Below, one piece after another: positions 48,581 through 58,464 of a stretch of DNA of 64,000 nucleotides. Within the stretch, counting starts at the first letter, position 1, and each line of letters begins with the position of its first letter. The notes under the pieces were generated by a model. That model had not been told where the DNA came from. It ran no database searches and saw only the letters and a program-made list of their open reading frames with translations. Location of the stretch: IMG/VR virus record IMGVR_UViG_3300037010_002844, positions 124,001-188,000 of that record. The stretch is one strand, 5' to 3'. Position numbers and translations under genes: made by a program.

Positions 48581-51500
48581 GACTCGTCATCCTCGTTGTC
48601 ATCATCGATGATAAGTACATCGCCTTCGTTAATGGCGCTGCCTGTCAGACCCGGTTCGATCGACTCATCAATCTCGATGTTGATCTCTTGGTCCTCTTTT
48701 ATCAAACCATTCTTCGATCCGCGCTCACCAGGGAACTTCTTTTCCCAACTTAGCAACGCAGCGACCACGTCGCCAGGAAGCCGCTGCTGACGTGCGACGC
48801 TTTCGCCGAATGGGTCGCTGACGACAGACTTCAAGAAGTCGGTATCGTAAGGATCCTCCATCGCTCGATTGTCAGTCGAAGTCATCTTCCTGAAGTCAGG
48901 CATGTGCGTCTTAGACGGTCCGTGCGTCAAGTGACGGCTACGGTTGTAGAGCACGCGGTCAAGCTGCTTCTGAGCCTTGACTGGAATCTCGACGTCCTTC
49001 ATGGCGCCGACGCGGAGCCCAAATGTCTCATCGTCATCATTGTCGTCAGCTGACGTCAGGAGCTGAACACCAGGCGTGGTCTCCTCTTCTGGTTCCTCAC
49101 CTGCGTTTTCCTCGGGAGGCGTCTCTTCTCCGCCTGCGGGTTCCTCACCGCCTCCACCTTCATCGCCGCCGCCAAAGAGGTCTTCGCCTCCCCCGCCGCC
49201 ATCCCCTCCAGCACCCGCGCCGGACTCGATGGCTGCGTCAACGACCTTATCTTTCATGCGATTCTTGTCGATCTGCTTGCACTCCTGATCGTTGAGGCCC
49301 CAGATCTCCTTGCGGACAAAGTCCTTATCAATGAAGCCTTCAGGGGCCGAGCCGCCGATCTCAAACTTGGCACGCCACAGTTCTAGCTTCTGTTGCTGTG
49401 CGACAGTCGACGGGTTGGACAGATGCAACGTAAAGTTCTGCAGATCATCACCGTCATACCCGTGTGCATAGAGGTGGATGATCGCCAGCTTGTTGAGCTC
49501 GGCAAGGATCGTCTTCTGAATGACAGCAATGGTACGCGAGAACCTGATGTCCTCCTGCGCCAACGTGGCCTTGCTGCTAAGCATCTCATCGTAACCCAAG
49601 TAGGCGCGTGGGATCTTCAGAGCAGCAAACAGCTTCTTCTGAATGTAGGCCACGTCCTCGACGGCGGCAGTGTTCTGGCCTCCCGCGAGGGTTTCAATGC
49701 GAGTTCCAGACTCTTGGCCACGAACTGGGATGAAGTAGTCCTCATCGACGCTCTGAAACGCAAATATTAGTCCTACACCACCACCACCACCATGAGGTGA
49801 TTGTGCACCTTTCGCAGCATTTTCACCACCCACGGCAAGATTGTGCCATCGATCAACGGTAACACTGTACACATCTTCAGTTGTATCGATGAGCTCAACA
49901 GAAATGACGACGTGGTTGTTCGCACCGTCAGAAGCAACAACGCCGGTGTCAACGTTGTTGACGTACTGACGACCCAAGGCCGCAGGATGGTGCGCAGCCC
50001 AAACTGCCTTCCAGTTAAGGTAATCGGCGATGATGAACTTACCGACGACGTTTTTATGCAGCGATTTCGCGAGATCGTGAGCCAGATGAGCGTTCGTTGC
50101 TGCGTAGAGCTTCATGAACGTTACGTCGGACTTCAACCGTCTCAGGAACGCATCGAGCCCCTCGAACCTACGAAGCGATCTGATGACGTTGATAACGTAG
50201 ACCTGGCACTCAGGCGACCAAACATAGCGCATGTTCTGTCGGGCACGCTCCCTTCGTTCAGGGTCAGCCCACATCGTAGACATCGCTTCAGAACGTTTGA
50301 CGTAATGCTCAGCGTTCGTTATCAACTGCAGGTTGCCAGTTGAGTTGTTGAGCTTGTCAAAGTTGACGTGATGAATTGTCTTTCCCTGCTGTGAGATGTG
50401 CCCGTTCCGATAGACCTCGAGCCCGAACGCATGAGCCGCGATCAACTCGTGGGTAAAGATGCGTGTTCCGAACGATGGATCGAGCACCTTTTCGTAACAG
50501 TGCTTGTCAACTTCAGAAACTTCAGCGCCTGACATCGGTGCATATGTAACGTGCAACGGCATCAAGCTGTCGCCCGAACGTAGATCCTTCGCTTTAACGT
50601 GAGAACCATCACGAAGCATCATCCTATGTTCAGGTGTGACATTGATGACGCCGCCGTCGTCCAGCGTCACCCTGACAAACTGTTTCGTAGTACCTGACTT
50701 CCCGGCCCAGATCACCTTGCCGGGTACCAACCTACCCCCCGCTTCGAGATCAAGGGAATAAGTCTCATGGTCTCGGCGCCCTTCATTCCACTCCTTGACT
50801 AGCTCATCGATCCGCAGCATCCTACCATCCAACAATGGTATCTGAACGTTCGCTGCGAAGCACAGTGGATTGTACCTGAGGTCCACACGACCAGAAGAGC
50901 GATCAATGACCTGATTCGTCCTGAGGTTCTTCCTCTGCTCTTCAACATAAAGAGGCACGTCCTGCGCTGGAACGTTGGCAACGTCGATGTAGAAGACGCG
51001 GCGTTCAGGTGCCCTGACGACGCGGTACACCAACATTGCATCTTCGATGAGGATCAACTGACGCCAAATGCGGCGGGCAGGCTCAATGATCGATGACCCG
51101 TAAGGCAAGAACATGTCGTTGCCCAAGAGCCGAAAGTGAGTGATCTCCCAGTTCTCGAGGACTCGATTACCTAGGGTGACCCAGCGATACCTGACCGCAA
51201 ACGGATCGTCACGATCGTAGTTCTCTTCGCGCTCGATCTCGTTGACAGGGATCGGGAACGCTGAGACGACTCCGTACGTTGGAGAAACGTCATTATAGAG
51301 GAAGAAGTCGCCGTACTTAACAAGATTGCGCGCCCAGGATCGCAGGTTGAACTCGGTGTTCAACGTATTGTAGAAAAGGTCCTCGAGCACCTCGCGAATC
51401 TTCTCATTGTCCGAGTAAATGTGGAGGACGCGGCCTTTCTCATCCTGTGCACACGTTTCGTCGGCATAGATGTCAAGAGCAGCCGCGATCTCAGGAGTAT

Positions 51501-53088
51501 TGTGCGAGATCACACTATCGGTGGCAAAGTTCTTGTACCCGTCAACGGTGAGGTCGTAGAGAGGGATCTCACCGACATACTCAACGGAAACTACCTTACA
51601 GTTGTTGTAAGTCTCCTGAAAGTCACTAAACTTCTTGAAGCCATTCTGCGACAACCTGGAGATAATCGTGTTCTTGTTGGCGCCAAGCTTTTCGGCGAGA
51701 CGAGGCAACGTCACGCTGGGTGTATATGCATCACAGATCTGTTGGAACGTCAGTGAATTACCGTTCGAACCTCGTGGACGACCGCCCTTTCGGACGCTCT
51801 TAATCTGATTGACGGTCACTTCCTCGTCGTGATACCCCATTGTTGAACGCAACTCTGTCCACGACATCCGGGCGCGGCGGGCCAAAAACTTGTCAAGTAC
51901 GTTGACAGTGCAACCGAGCTTAATGCACAAAGAACGCTTCGTGTCACCAGCAGTCATCGAAGACTTCAATAGCTCGAGGCTCAAGTCCCGTGTCAGTAGA
52001 CCGGGTCGGTTGTTGATCATAGAATCAGCTTGACCGCCAGCATATGCCGCAACAAATTTATTGAACGTTGAGAATCCGTGGGTCGCCAATCGTTCATAGA
52101 TCAGGTTCCATGTGACATCAAGAGCATTTGCAATCGCCGGCATGCTGAAACCAACACGTTCAGCAGTCTCTAGGATTCGAGCAAAAGTCACATCCCTGCG
52201 AGCGCCAGGAGCATTGTCACGCATCCGAGCTGCATGGTTCTTCTTGAACTCTTCGATCCACTCACGGTTTTCGGGTGCCCACTTCACCCCGTTGTTGATC
52301 GCGGCGTGGTAACTGTCATGGGCAGACTTCGTCATGATCCTGAGATTTTCAGGACGATTATCAGTCTTAATGAAGTTGATGTGGTGGACAACCTCATCTT
52401 CGTTGAGCTGACGACCGGCAACCCACTCAGCGATCAGTTGGTGCTCTTTGGTCCAACCGCGGAACCTATCGTCCATCGTGTAGATCCACGAGTAGCCAAG
52501 GGTGCCTTCTTTGGCATCAGCAAAGATGTCTTTGCGGTAGAAGGGCATCATTGCATCGCCGGGTTTCAGGTCCTCAACACGACGGTATGTACCGTCACGA
52601 AGCATCAGTCGATGTTCCGGTGATGCAACAATCTCTTTTCCATTATCAAATTTGATCTTCCAGGCACTATCGACACAGGTCTGACGAGCCTGTTTACCGA
52701 ACGCCGGAACGATGCGCTTCAAATTGTGATCGTACGAATAGACAATGAAGATGTGATCCGGATTTTTCTCACACTCTTGCGCTAGCTCACCTATAGTCTT
52801 GAAACCATCTGAGGTTGCGATCTTAGTGTCAATCGCAAGTGAATACTCCATTTCTTGAAAGTCCTGATAGCGCATCAAGCGCTCGCTCAGGTTGTAGGCA
52901 TTTGCCGTGATGGTCGCGTAGGTCGGCGCCAGCGACTTCTGAAAGAGCAACGTGCCTGACGACTTAGTCTTGTCAGCGACCGCGATCGTCGTGTCGGCGG
53001 TGCGGATCTTCTTCTTGATGACAGGACCACTTCGAAACAGTCGCGTCAGTCGTCGGAAAAGGCTTTGAGGTGCTTCTTTTTTTGCCAT
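48577..53088 (-). CDS. Portal protein (T4 gp20-like) with two inteins; ~685 aa after splicing
   Basis: PEIAAALDIYADE, KYGDFF, LIEDAMLVYRVVRAPERRVFYIDV, EDYFIPVRG, KKLFAALKIP, QEDIRFSRTI. Confidence 0.95.
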   Translation of the reverse strand: MAKKEAPQSLFRRLTRLFRSGPVIKKKIRTADTTIAVADKTKSSGTLLFQKSLAPTYATITANAYNLSERLMRYQDFQEMEYSLAIDTKIATSDGFKTIGELAQECEKNPDHIFIVYSYDHNLKRIVPAFGKQARQTCVDSAWKIKFDNGKEIVASPEHRLMLRDGTYRRVEDLKPGDAMMPFYRKDIFADAKEGTLGYSWIYTMDDRFRGWTKEHQLIAEWVAGRQLNEDEVVHHINFIKTDNRPENLRIMTKSAHDSYHAAINNGVKWAPENREWIEEFKKNHAARMRDNAPGARRDVTFARILETAERVGFSMPAIANALDVTWNLIYERLATHGFSTFNKFVAAYAGGQADSMINNRPGLLTRDLSLELLKSSMTAGDTKRSLCIKLGCTVNVLDKFLARRARMSWTELRSTMGYHDEEVTVNQIKSVRKGGRPRGSNGNSLTFQQICDAYTPSVTLPRLAEKLGANKNTIISRLSQNGFKKFSDFQETYNNCKVVSVEYVGEIPLYDLTVDGYKNFATDSVISHNTPEIAAALDIYADETCAQDEKGRVLHIYSDNEKIREVLEDLFYNTLNTEFNLRSWARNLVKYGDFFLYNDVSPTYGVVSAFPIPVNEIEREENYDRDDPFAVRYRWVTLGNRVLENWEITHFRLLGNDMFLPYGSSIIEPARRIWRQLILIEDAMLVYRVVRAPERRVFYIDVANVPAQDVPLYVEEQRKNLRTNQVIDRSSGRVDLRYNPLCFAANVQIPLLDGRMLRIDELVKEWNEGRRDHETYSLDLEAGGRLVPGKVIWAGKSGTTKQFVRVTLDDGGVINVTPEHRMMLRDGSHVKAKDLRSGDSLMPLHVTYAPMSGAEVSEVDKHCYEKVLDPSFGTRIFTHELIAAHAFGLEVYRNGHISQQGKTIHHVNFDKLNNSTGNLQLITNAEHYVKRSEAMSTMWADPERRERARQNMRYVWSPECQVYVINVIRSLRRFEGLDAFLRRLKSDVTFMKLYAATNAHLAHDLAKSLHKNVVGKFIIADYLNWKAVWAAHHPAALGRQYVNNVDTGVVASDGANNHVVISVELIDTTEDVYSVTVDRWHNLAVGGENAAKGAQSPHGGGGGVGLIFAFQSVDEDYFIPVRGQESGTRIETLAGGQNTAAVEDVAYIQKKLFAALKIPRAYLGYDEMLSSKATLAQEDIRFSRTIAVIQKTILAELNKLAIIHLYAHGYDGDDLQNFTLHLSNPSTVAQQQKLELWRAKFEIGGSAPEGFIDKDFVRKEIWGLNDQECKQIDKNRMKDKVVDAAIESGAGAGGDGGGGGEDLFGGGDEGGGGEEPAGGEETPPEENAGEEPEEETTPGVQLLTSADDNDDDETFGLRVGAMKDVEIPVKAQKQLDRVLYNRSRHLTHGPSKTHMPDFRKMTSTDNRAMEDPYDTDFLKSVVSDPFGESVARQQRLPGDVVAALLSWEKKFPGERGSKNGLIKEDQEINIEIDESIEPGLTGSAINEGDVLIIDDDNEDDES
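49753..50862 (-). mobile_element. Intein 2 in portal (370 aa, HNH-containing, Cys1...Phe-Gln/Ser+1)
   Basis: YNPL|CFAANVQIPLLDG, block B VTPEHRMM, IHHVNFDKLNN, VYSVTVDRWHNL..IFAFQ|SVDEDYF. Confidence 0.88.
51499..52842 (-). mobile_element. Intein 1 in portal (448 aa, HNH-containing, Ser1...His-Asn/Thr+1)
   Basis: EMEY|SLAIDTKI, ASPEHRLM, VHHINFIKTDNRPENL, LYDLTVDGYKNF..SHN|TPEI. Confidence 0.92.
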
Positions 53089-53165
53089 GATGTTCGCCCG
53101 ACTATTTCAGTCGCGGCTCAGGGTTAATAGTAAGGTTCACTGCTGCAGCGTATACGGTAGCGTGA

Positions 53166-53477
53166 TCAAACGTCCCCTTCACCCTTCACGGGCTTCAAAG
53201 AAACCTTCTTTGGTTCGACCTTCTTCTTCTCGACGTAGGATCCAGGCGTACTTACCATGTCCTCGAGAATCTTTTCCATCTGTGCAAGATGAGGCGTCAG
53301 CGCATTGATCATCGGCCCGTTGGCTGACTTCTGAAATACCTCGACCGCCGCCAACAGCTTGGAGGCGCCATTGACGACTTCACGAATTGATGCATGGTCG
53401 ACGGCCTCGTTGACCGAGGAAGACAGTTCCTCAGCAATGATCTTCCGAAGACGTGGTAGGGTAATCTTGTTGCTCAT
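53166..53477 (-). CDS. Small leader-family protein
   Basis: MSNKITLPRLRKIIAEELSSSVNE. Confidence 0.8.
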   Translation of the reverse strand: MSNKITLPRLRKIIAEELSSSVNEAVDHASIREVVNGASKLLAAVEVFQKSANGPMINALTPHLAQMEKILEDMVSTPGSYVEKKKVEPKKVSLKPVKGEGDV

Positions 53478-53517
53478 CGCGAGACCTTCTCTGCAGTGTA
53501 AGTATTGGTGACCAGCG

Positions 53518-55146
53518 TCACCGTAGCAACCAGCTAAAATCGCTCACGTCAGCATTCTTGATCTGCGATGGATCGCGGGGCTTGTGAACGTTGTAAGGAT
53601 TAACGCCCCTGATGTTAGGATTGATCAGCGGCTGTGCTGACTGAATGTCACCTGGCATCTGCGCTGAGTCCCTGCGCGCGACCTGCGTGGCCTTCAACAT
53701 GGCCATCGCCATCTCATGAGCCTGTTCATTGACTCCTGAACCGCCGTTGGTCAGCCAAATGCCAATCGCTAGACTCATAATCAAGTCGTCATGACTGTCA
53801 CGGGTGGCCTGAGCCTTGGACCCCTGCCAGATGAAGGCCTGCATCTGATCGTAGAAGCGTTGCGAGTAGATTTTGACAATCTTGTTGCGGATGATCTCCT
53901 CGAGCTTCGCCAGGATCTGCGGACGAGTGTTACCTTGCGTCTCAAAGCCAGGAATTGCCTCTGGGTCGCTCGAGATGTACTCGAACATGTCGCCTGTCAT
54001 ATTGCGATAATACAGACGCTTGTAGCCGATGTCTCTGAGTCTGACAGCCGTCATGTAGCCAAAATTGTTACGCTCTGGGCACAGCAAGGCAGTGTTATAC
54101 TTCTTGCCGTAGTCAGCTAGAAGGTCGGCCAACTTGTCAGGCGGAATCTTGCCCATGTATTCTGCGACGACTTCACAATCATTTACGTCAATGACGTGCA
54201 TCGTCGAATAGTCGGCAGCGTCTCCACGGGCCACGTCAGATGAAATAACATACTTCTTGCCCGGCTCAGGATCAGACCAGATCCAGACAGCATTCTGCGG
54301 TCCTTCTTTGCGAATCGGACTGTCGATCATGCTCCTGAGATAGTCCATCTCCGTGGGTTGCAGGAATGTGTCACCTGACGAGATGAAGTCGCAAAGGAAC
54401 TCCTGGGCAACTTTTCGCTTTGGCAGGTTCTTGGTTTCCTTGTCAAACCATGCCTGATCGTGCTCGGGATGAACGTGCCATGGAAGATTGATAGTGTTGA
54501 ACTCATTGACCTGTGCTATTGCGTCGGTCCACAACTTGTAGTACATGCCGCCGACGCCGTTAGGCGTGGAAATAATGATCGCAGAACCGCCCGTGGAGAT
54601 AGTCGGATAGAGACCGGTCCAGATCTCTTCAAAGTCTCTGATGAATGCGGCCTCATCGACGATGAGAAGTGACAAGGCCTCCGAACGACCAGCGTCTGGT
54701 GAGGTCGGTACGGCCGCGATGACTGACCCATTGGCAAACGTGATCTGTTGCTTGGTCGATTCGAACTTGGTGAGGAGCAACCACTTGGGCAGGCCGTCAA
54801 GGATTGTCTTCACCTTCTTGATGAAGTTCATGGCGGTCTGCAACTTGGTAGCGATGACCAGGACGTTCTTGTCCTTCTTGAAGATCGCGTACCAGACGGC
54901 GTAGGCCGCGGTGACGGTTGACAGGCCCAGCTGACGTGACTTCAGGACGATGTTGAAGCGATTCTCTTCAAATGCCTTGATGCAGTCATCCTGAAAGTAG
55001 TAGGTGTCGAACGGGATCAGGCCCCTCTTGGGGTGCTGGATCTTCGCATAGTTCTTCATGAAGTAGACGGCGTTTTTGCCGCACTTCAGAATCTCGCGGA
55101 CCTGTTCTTCTCTACCGAGCGGACCGTTGGACGTGGCAATTGACAT
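53518..55146 (-). CDS. terL: Terminase large subunit (T4 gp17-like)
   Basis: LKSRQLGLST Walker A, LLIVDEAAF Walker B, ISTPNG, DVARG and HDDLIMSLA nuclease motifs. Confidence 0.96.
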   Translation of the reverse strand: MSIATSNGPLGREEQVREILKCGKNAVYFMKNYAKIQHPKRGLIPFDTYYFQDDCIKAFEENRFNIVLKSRQLGLSTVTAAYAVWYAIFKKDKNVLVIATKLQTAMNFIKKVKTILDGLPKWLLLTKFESTKQQITFANGSVIAAVPTSPDAGRSEALSLLIVDEAAFIRDFEEIWTGLYPTISTGGSAIIISTPNGVGGMYYKLWTDAIAQVNEFNTINLPWHVHPEHDQAWFDKETKNLPKRKVAQEFLCDFISSGDTFLQPTEMDYLRSMIDSPIRKEGPQNAVWIWSDPEPGKKYVISSDVARGDAADYSTMHVIDVNDCEVVAEYMGKIPPDKLADLLADYGKKYNTALLCPERNNFGYMTAVRLRDIGYKRLYYRNMTGDMFEYISSDPEAIPGFETQGNTRPQILAKLEEIIRNKIVKIYSQRFYDQMQAFIWQGSKAQATRDSHDDLIMSLAIGIWLTNGGSGVNEQAHEMAMAMLKATQVARRDSAQMPGDIQSAQPLINPNIRGVNPYNVHKPRDPSQIKNADVSDFSWLLR

Positions 55147-55529
55147 CAGCTGAGCTCAAACACTGTCTTGCGGCGGTAATAAGCAGTGCGCTTTGGATTG
55201 TGAATGCCGAAGTTGATGACCTCGACTGAATCATCGGAGGCTCCCTCAGAAGTCTTCAGGGCCTTGCCAGCGAGTTCCTTGTACGTGGCCTTCACCTTCT
55301 TCATGACGGCGCTGATGATGGCTTGCGACTCCTCAGAGTAACGCCTCTTCATCAGGATCATTTCCTTCTCCGTGCCAAAGTTGACAACTGCGGCGTAAGA
55401 GGCGATGATGCGATTACCGTGCAGGGTAAACTTCACAGAGTAACCTGCCGTATTGGGCGTTGATGAACGGCCCCATGAGGTGTCGATTGCCTGACCCAAG
55501 GCATTGAAGTCGATTTTCACGTCTGCCAT
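55146..55529 (-). CDS. Hypothetical protein
   Basis: AGGAG RBS and TACTTA motif; coupled to terL. Confidence 0.75.
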   Translation of the reverse strand: MADVKIDFNALGQAIDTSWGRSSTPNTAGYSVKFTLHGNRIIASYAAVVNFGTEKEMILMKRRYSEESQAIISAVMKKVKATYKELAGKALKTSEGASDDSVEVINFGIHNPKRTAYYRRKTVFELS

Positions 55530-55561
55530 GTCCCGTTGCTCCTGGCCTAAGTATAGGGCGC

Positions 55562-55864
55562 TCAGTCGATCTCGAGGTCGACGACCAACGGAGGCCTACC
55601 TGCGACCTCAGCATCCAACGCGGCGCGTTCGGGTCGCCAGCCAGCAGCCCATTCCTTGCGCCTCGGGGCAGCCCAAGCCAAGGCGCAACGATTGCAGCAG
55701 GCAAATTCATGCCACGCTGCCTCATCGTCTTGCGTTCTCATCACCGTCCCACAGACAGCACAGGACAGCGGCACGCTCGGGGAGGCCTCACACGGAACGA
55801 TAACGCAGTAACCGCCCGGTCTCCGAGAGATCAGACGGTCACGTAGGTACGGTTGACGATCCAC
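55562..55864 (-). CDS. Putative Zn-finger protein
   Basis: CAVC..CCNRC. Confidence 0.65.
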   Translation of the reverse strand: MDRQPYLRDRLISRRPGGYCVIVPCEASPSVPLSCAVCGTVMRTQDDEAAWHEFACCNRCALAWAAPRRKEWAAGWRPERAALDAEVAGRPPLVVDLEID

Positions 55865-55878
55865 CGAGCGATCTTACA

Positions 55879-58464
55879 TCACTCGTAGACTACCTTGGTG
55901 TCCTTTTCATTCTTGGTGATCTCAAGAACGGTGTCGGCAGAATCCTTGACGCCATCAACGTGAGTGATAATCATGACCGTTCTGAAGTGGCGCTTCAACG
56001 AAGACAACAAACGATTGCAAGCCTCGACGCCAGCGTCGTCCAGTGCACCAAAGCCCTCATCCAGGATGAACATGTCAGTCTTGGGCAGCGACGAGACGTT
56101 GATCAGCGCCACACGGATGGCGATCGAGCTGATCATCTTCTCCATGCCTGAACCCAACTCAACGATTCGCCGTGAGTCGCCGTAGTTGATGTAGACGTCC
56201 ATCCAGTCAGACTCTGGGTCAACCTCGAGTTCTACCGTGAAGTCAACAATGCCAGTCAAGATCTTGGCGATCTCTGCGTTGATGACCGGCAACTGCGATG
56301 TCACGATTACGCTCGGGATTCCCTTTCGTGAAAAGGCGTTGGCAACGAGCTCATAGACCTTCATGCCCTGCAAGAGGGTCTCGCGGTTCTTCTTCTCATT
56401 CAATGCTTTTTCTGCGTCCGAAATAAGCTTACCTTTGTCGGCGGCGGCTGTCATCTTCTCCCCGTCGAGCCTCGCAATGACCGCCGTGAGTTCATCAATT
56501 TCAGTGCGGAGGGAAACCACCTCTGCATTTTCGTCATTTTTCAGAGCCTCTTCTAGTTCATCCAGCTTGGCCTTAGAAATCTCAAGACTGGAGATCTGGG
56601 TCTCTTGCTGCGTCTCGAGCTTCACCAGTTCGATTTGCTTGTTTGATAGCTCGACCTTCAACCGCGAGTGAAGCTCATGCAACTTCTGAATCTTCTCGAC
56701 TTTGTCTCGAATGTTTTCCGTCTTCAGTTCGTCCAACGAGACGGCGGCTCGGTCAAGCTTCTCCAAGGCGCGACCAGTCTTGTCACGTTGCGATTCGATC
56801 TTGCCTTTGACAAAGTGTGCATCCTTGATGAACTTGCAGGTTGGGAACTTGTCGCCACACGGGACGTCATCAAGGATCTTCAGGGAACGCTCCTGTTGCT
56901 TCAACAGAGCGGCTTCCTTCTCGTGAGAGTGCTTCAACGATACGACAGTCGACTCAAGGGCGTTGAACGCCTTCAGGCGCTTCTTCAACTCTTCGATGTC
57001 GTGTTCTTCCTTGAGGGTGTCGATCGTCGACACCTTGCCTTCAATCTTGCCGATCTCCACGCGGAGGTCGACGATCTTGGCGGCAACAGACGCCACCTGA
57101 CGCTCCAGAGTGATGACCTTGTTACGTTGCGATTCGACCTGCGACTTGCTAACTGGTGTGAAGTCACTGTGACGAGCGAGCTGAGCACGAACCTCAGCTA
57201 GACGCTCTGCGGCCTCCTGCTCCTTGTACGTCTTGTCGTCGATGGCTGCCGACAACTTTTCGAGCTTTGACTTCAGGTCAGTGGCAACCTGATTCCAATC
57301 CTTGTCGGGATAGGCACGCAGCTGTGCCTTAGCGTTGTTGACATCCTTGTTGGCTAGGTCGTACATCCTGTCAAAGACGTCGAGGTCGAGGAACCGCGAC
57401 AAGATCTGCCGGCGGCGCGAGGAACCCTGCTGAATGAACTGATTGATCTCACCTTGTGCCGAAAGCGAGGTCAACAAGAAGTCGTCTTGGCTGCCGATGA
57501 GGTTTCTGATGACCTTTTCGGTGTCATTTCGCTGTTCACCCGCTAGGTCGATAACGTCGCCAGATTCTGTGACACGGTACGCATTCAATGAAGTGACTGC
57601 GTGAACAATGCCTCTCCGAGCATTCTCGTGTTTGACAGTCTGACGCTCGAAGACGTAATCGGTGCCTCCAACGTTGACGATGGCACGAGTGTAGCAGTAG
57701 GGCTTGCGAGCGTTGATGACGTGCAGGTTCTTGATCGAACCGCGGTCAGTACTGTTGAACAGCGAGTACATGATCGAGCCGACGATTGACGACTTGCCGG
57801 CGCGGTTCTGACCGAAGATGCCAACGATGCCCTCGAGCCCGTCAAAGTTGATGTGATTGCCCTCGCCGTAGGCAAAGACATTGTCAAACTTCAAGTCACG
57901 GAGAGACCACTTCGTGTTCCGCGGAGCCTCCTCCATGCCAGTAACAGCGGCGAGGTATGTCTTGACCTGCTCACCGACGCGGGTCCAGACTTCATCCGGG
58001 TAGTTTGAGTCTACGTGGTAGTTGCGAATCAGGCCCATCAGGATGTCAGGATTGCGTAGGTCCGCTCGGGCCAGCGTCTGAGTGCCAGCCGTTAGCGTTT
58101 CCTTGTTGATGTGCTGGTCAACTTTGAAGGTGACTTCCGTCGCATTCATCGTCTGCTTCAGCATCGATGTCAACGACTGGACTTCTTGTTGCGCGACGTG
58201 CGTGCGACTCTTGATCCTAAACCGTGAACCATGAGGATATGTGCTAGCAACCTCGAACGTCTTCTTGACGTCACCTTCCCAGTCGACGGTAACAAAAGGC
58301 TTCGGGTTGGGCAGCTGCCTGAAATCCACGCTAAAGCTGTTACGATCCTTGATCGACCAGCTCAAGTACCCGTGTACCAGGTCTTCCGCGTAGTTCTGCT
58401 GGACTGTCGAACCCGGGTATGCAATCCAACCCTGGTTAACCTTGATACGAACTTTCTTGCTCAT
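55879..58464 (-). CDS. sbcC: SbcC/Rad50 (gp46-like) ATPase carrying the C-terminal part of SbcD at its N-terminus
   Basis: IAYPGSTVQQNYAE (SbcD motif), then GQNRAGKSS Walker A, coiled-coil with PCGDKFPTC hook, GSGMEK signature, ILDEGFGALD, ITH. Confidence 0.9.
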   Translation of the reverse strand: MSKKVRIKVNQGWIAYPGSTVQQNYAEDLVHGYLSWSIKDRNSFSVDFRQLPNPKPFVTVDWEGDVKKTFEVASTYPHGSRFRIKSRTHVAQQEVQSLTSMLKQTMNATEVTFKVDQHINKETLTAGTQTLARADLRNPDILMGLIRNYHVDSNYPDEVWTRVGEQVKTYLAAVTGMEEAPRNTKWSLRDLKFDNVFAYGEGNHINFDGLEGIVGIFGQNRAGKSSIVGSIMYSLFNSTDRGSIKNLHVINARKPYCYTRAIVNVGGTDYVFERQTVKHENARRGIVHAVTSLNAYRVTESGDVIDLAGEQRNDTEKVIRNLIGSQDDFLLTSLSAQGEINQFIQQGSSRRRQILSRFLDLDVFDRMYDLANKDVNNAKAQLRAYPDKDWNQVATDLKSKLEKLSAAIDDKTYKEQEAAERLAEVRAQLARHSDFTPVSKSQVESQRNKVITLERQVASVAAKIVDLRVEIGKIEGKVSTIDTLKEEHDIEELKKRLKAFNALESTVVSLKHSHEKEAALLKQQERSLKILDDVPCGDKFPTCKFIKDAHFVKGKIESQRDKTGRALEKLDRAAVSLDELKTENIRDKVEKIQKLHELHSRLKVELSNKQIELVKLETQQETQISSLEISKAKLDELEEALKNDENAEVVSLRTEIDELTAVIARLDGEKMTAAADKGKLISDAEKALNEKKNRETLLQGMKVYELVANAFSRKGIPSVIVTSQLPVINAEIAKILTGIVDFTVELEVDPESDWMDVYINYGDSRRIVELGSGMEKMISSIAIRVALINVSSLPKTDMFILDEGFGALDDAGVEACNRLLSSLKRHFRTVMIITHVDGVKDSADTVLEITKNEKDTKVVYE

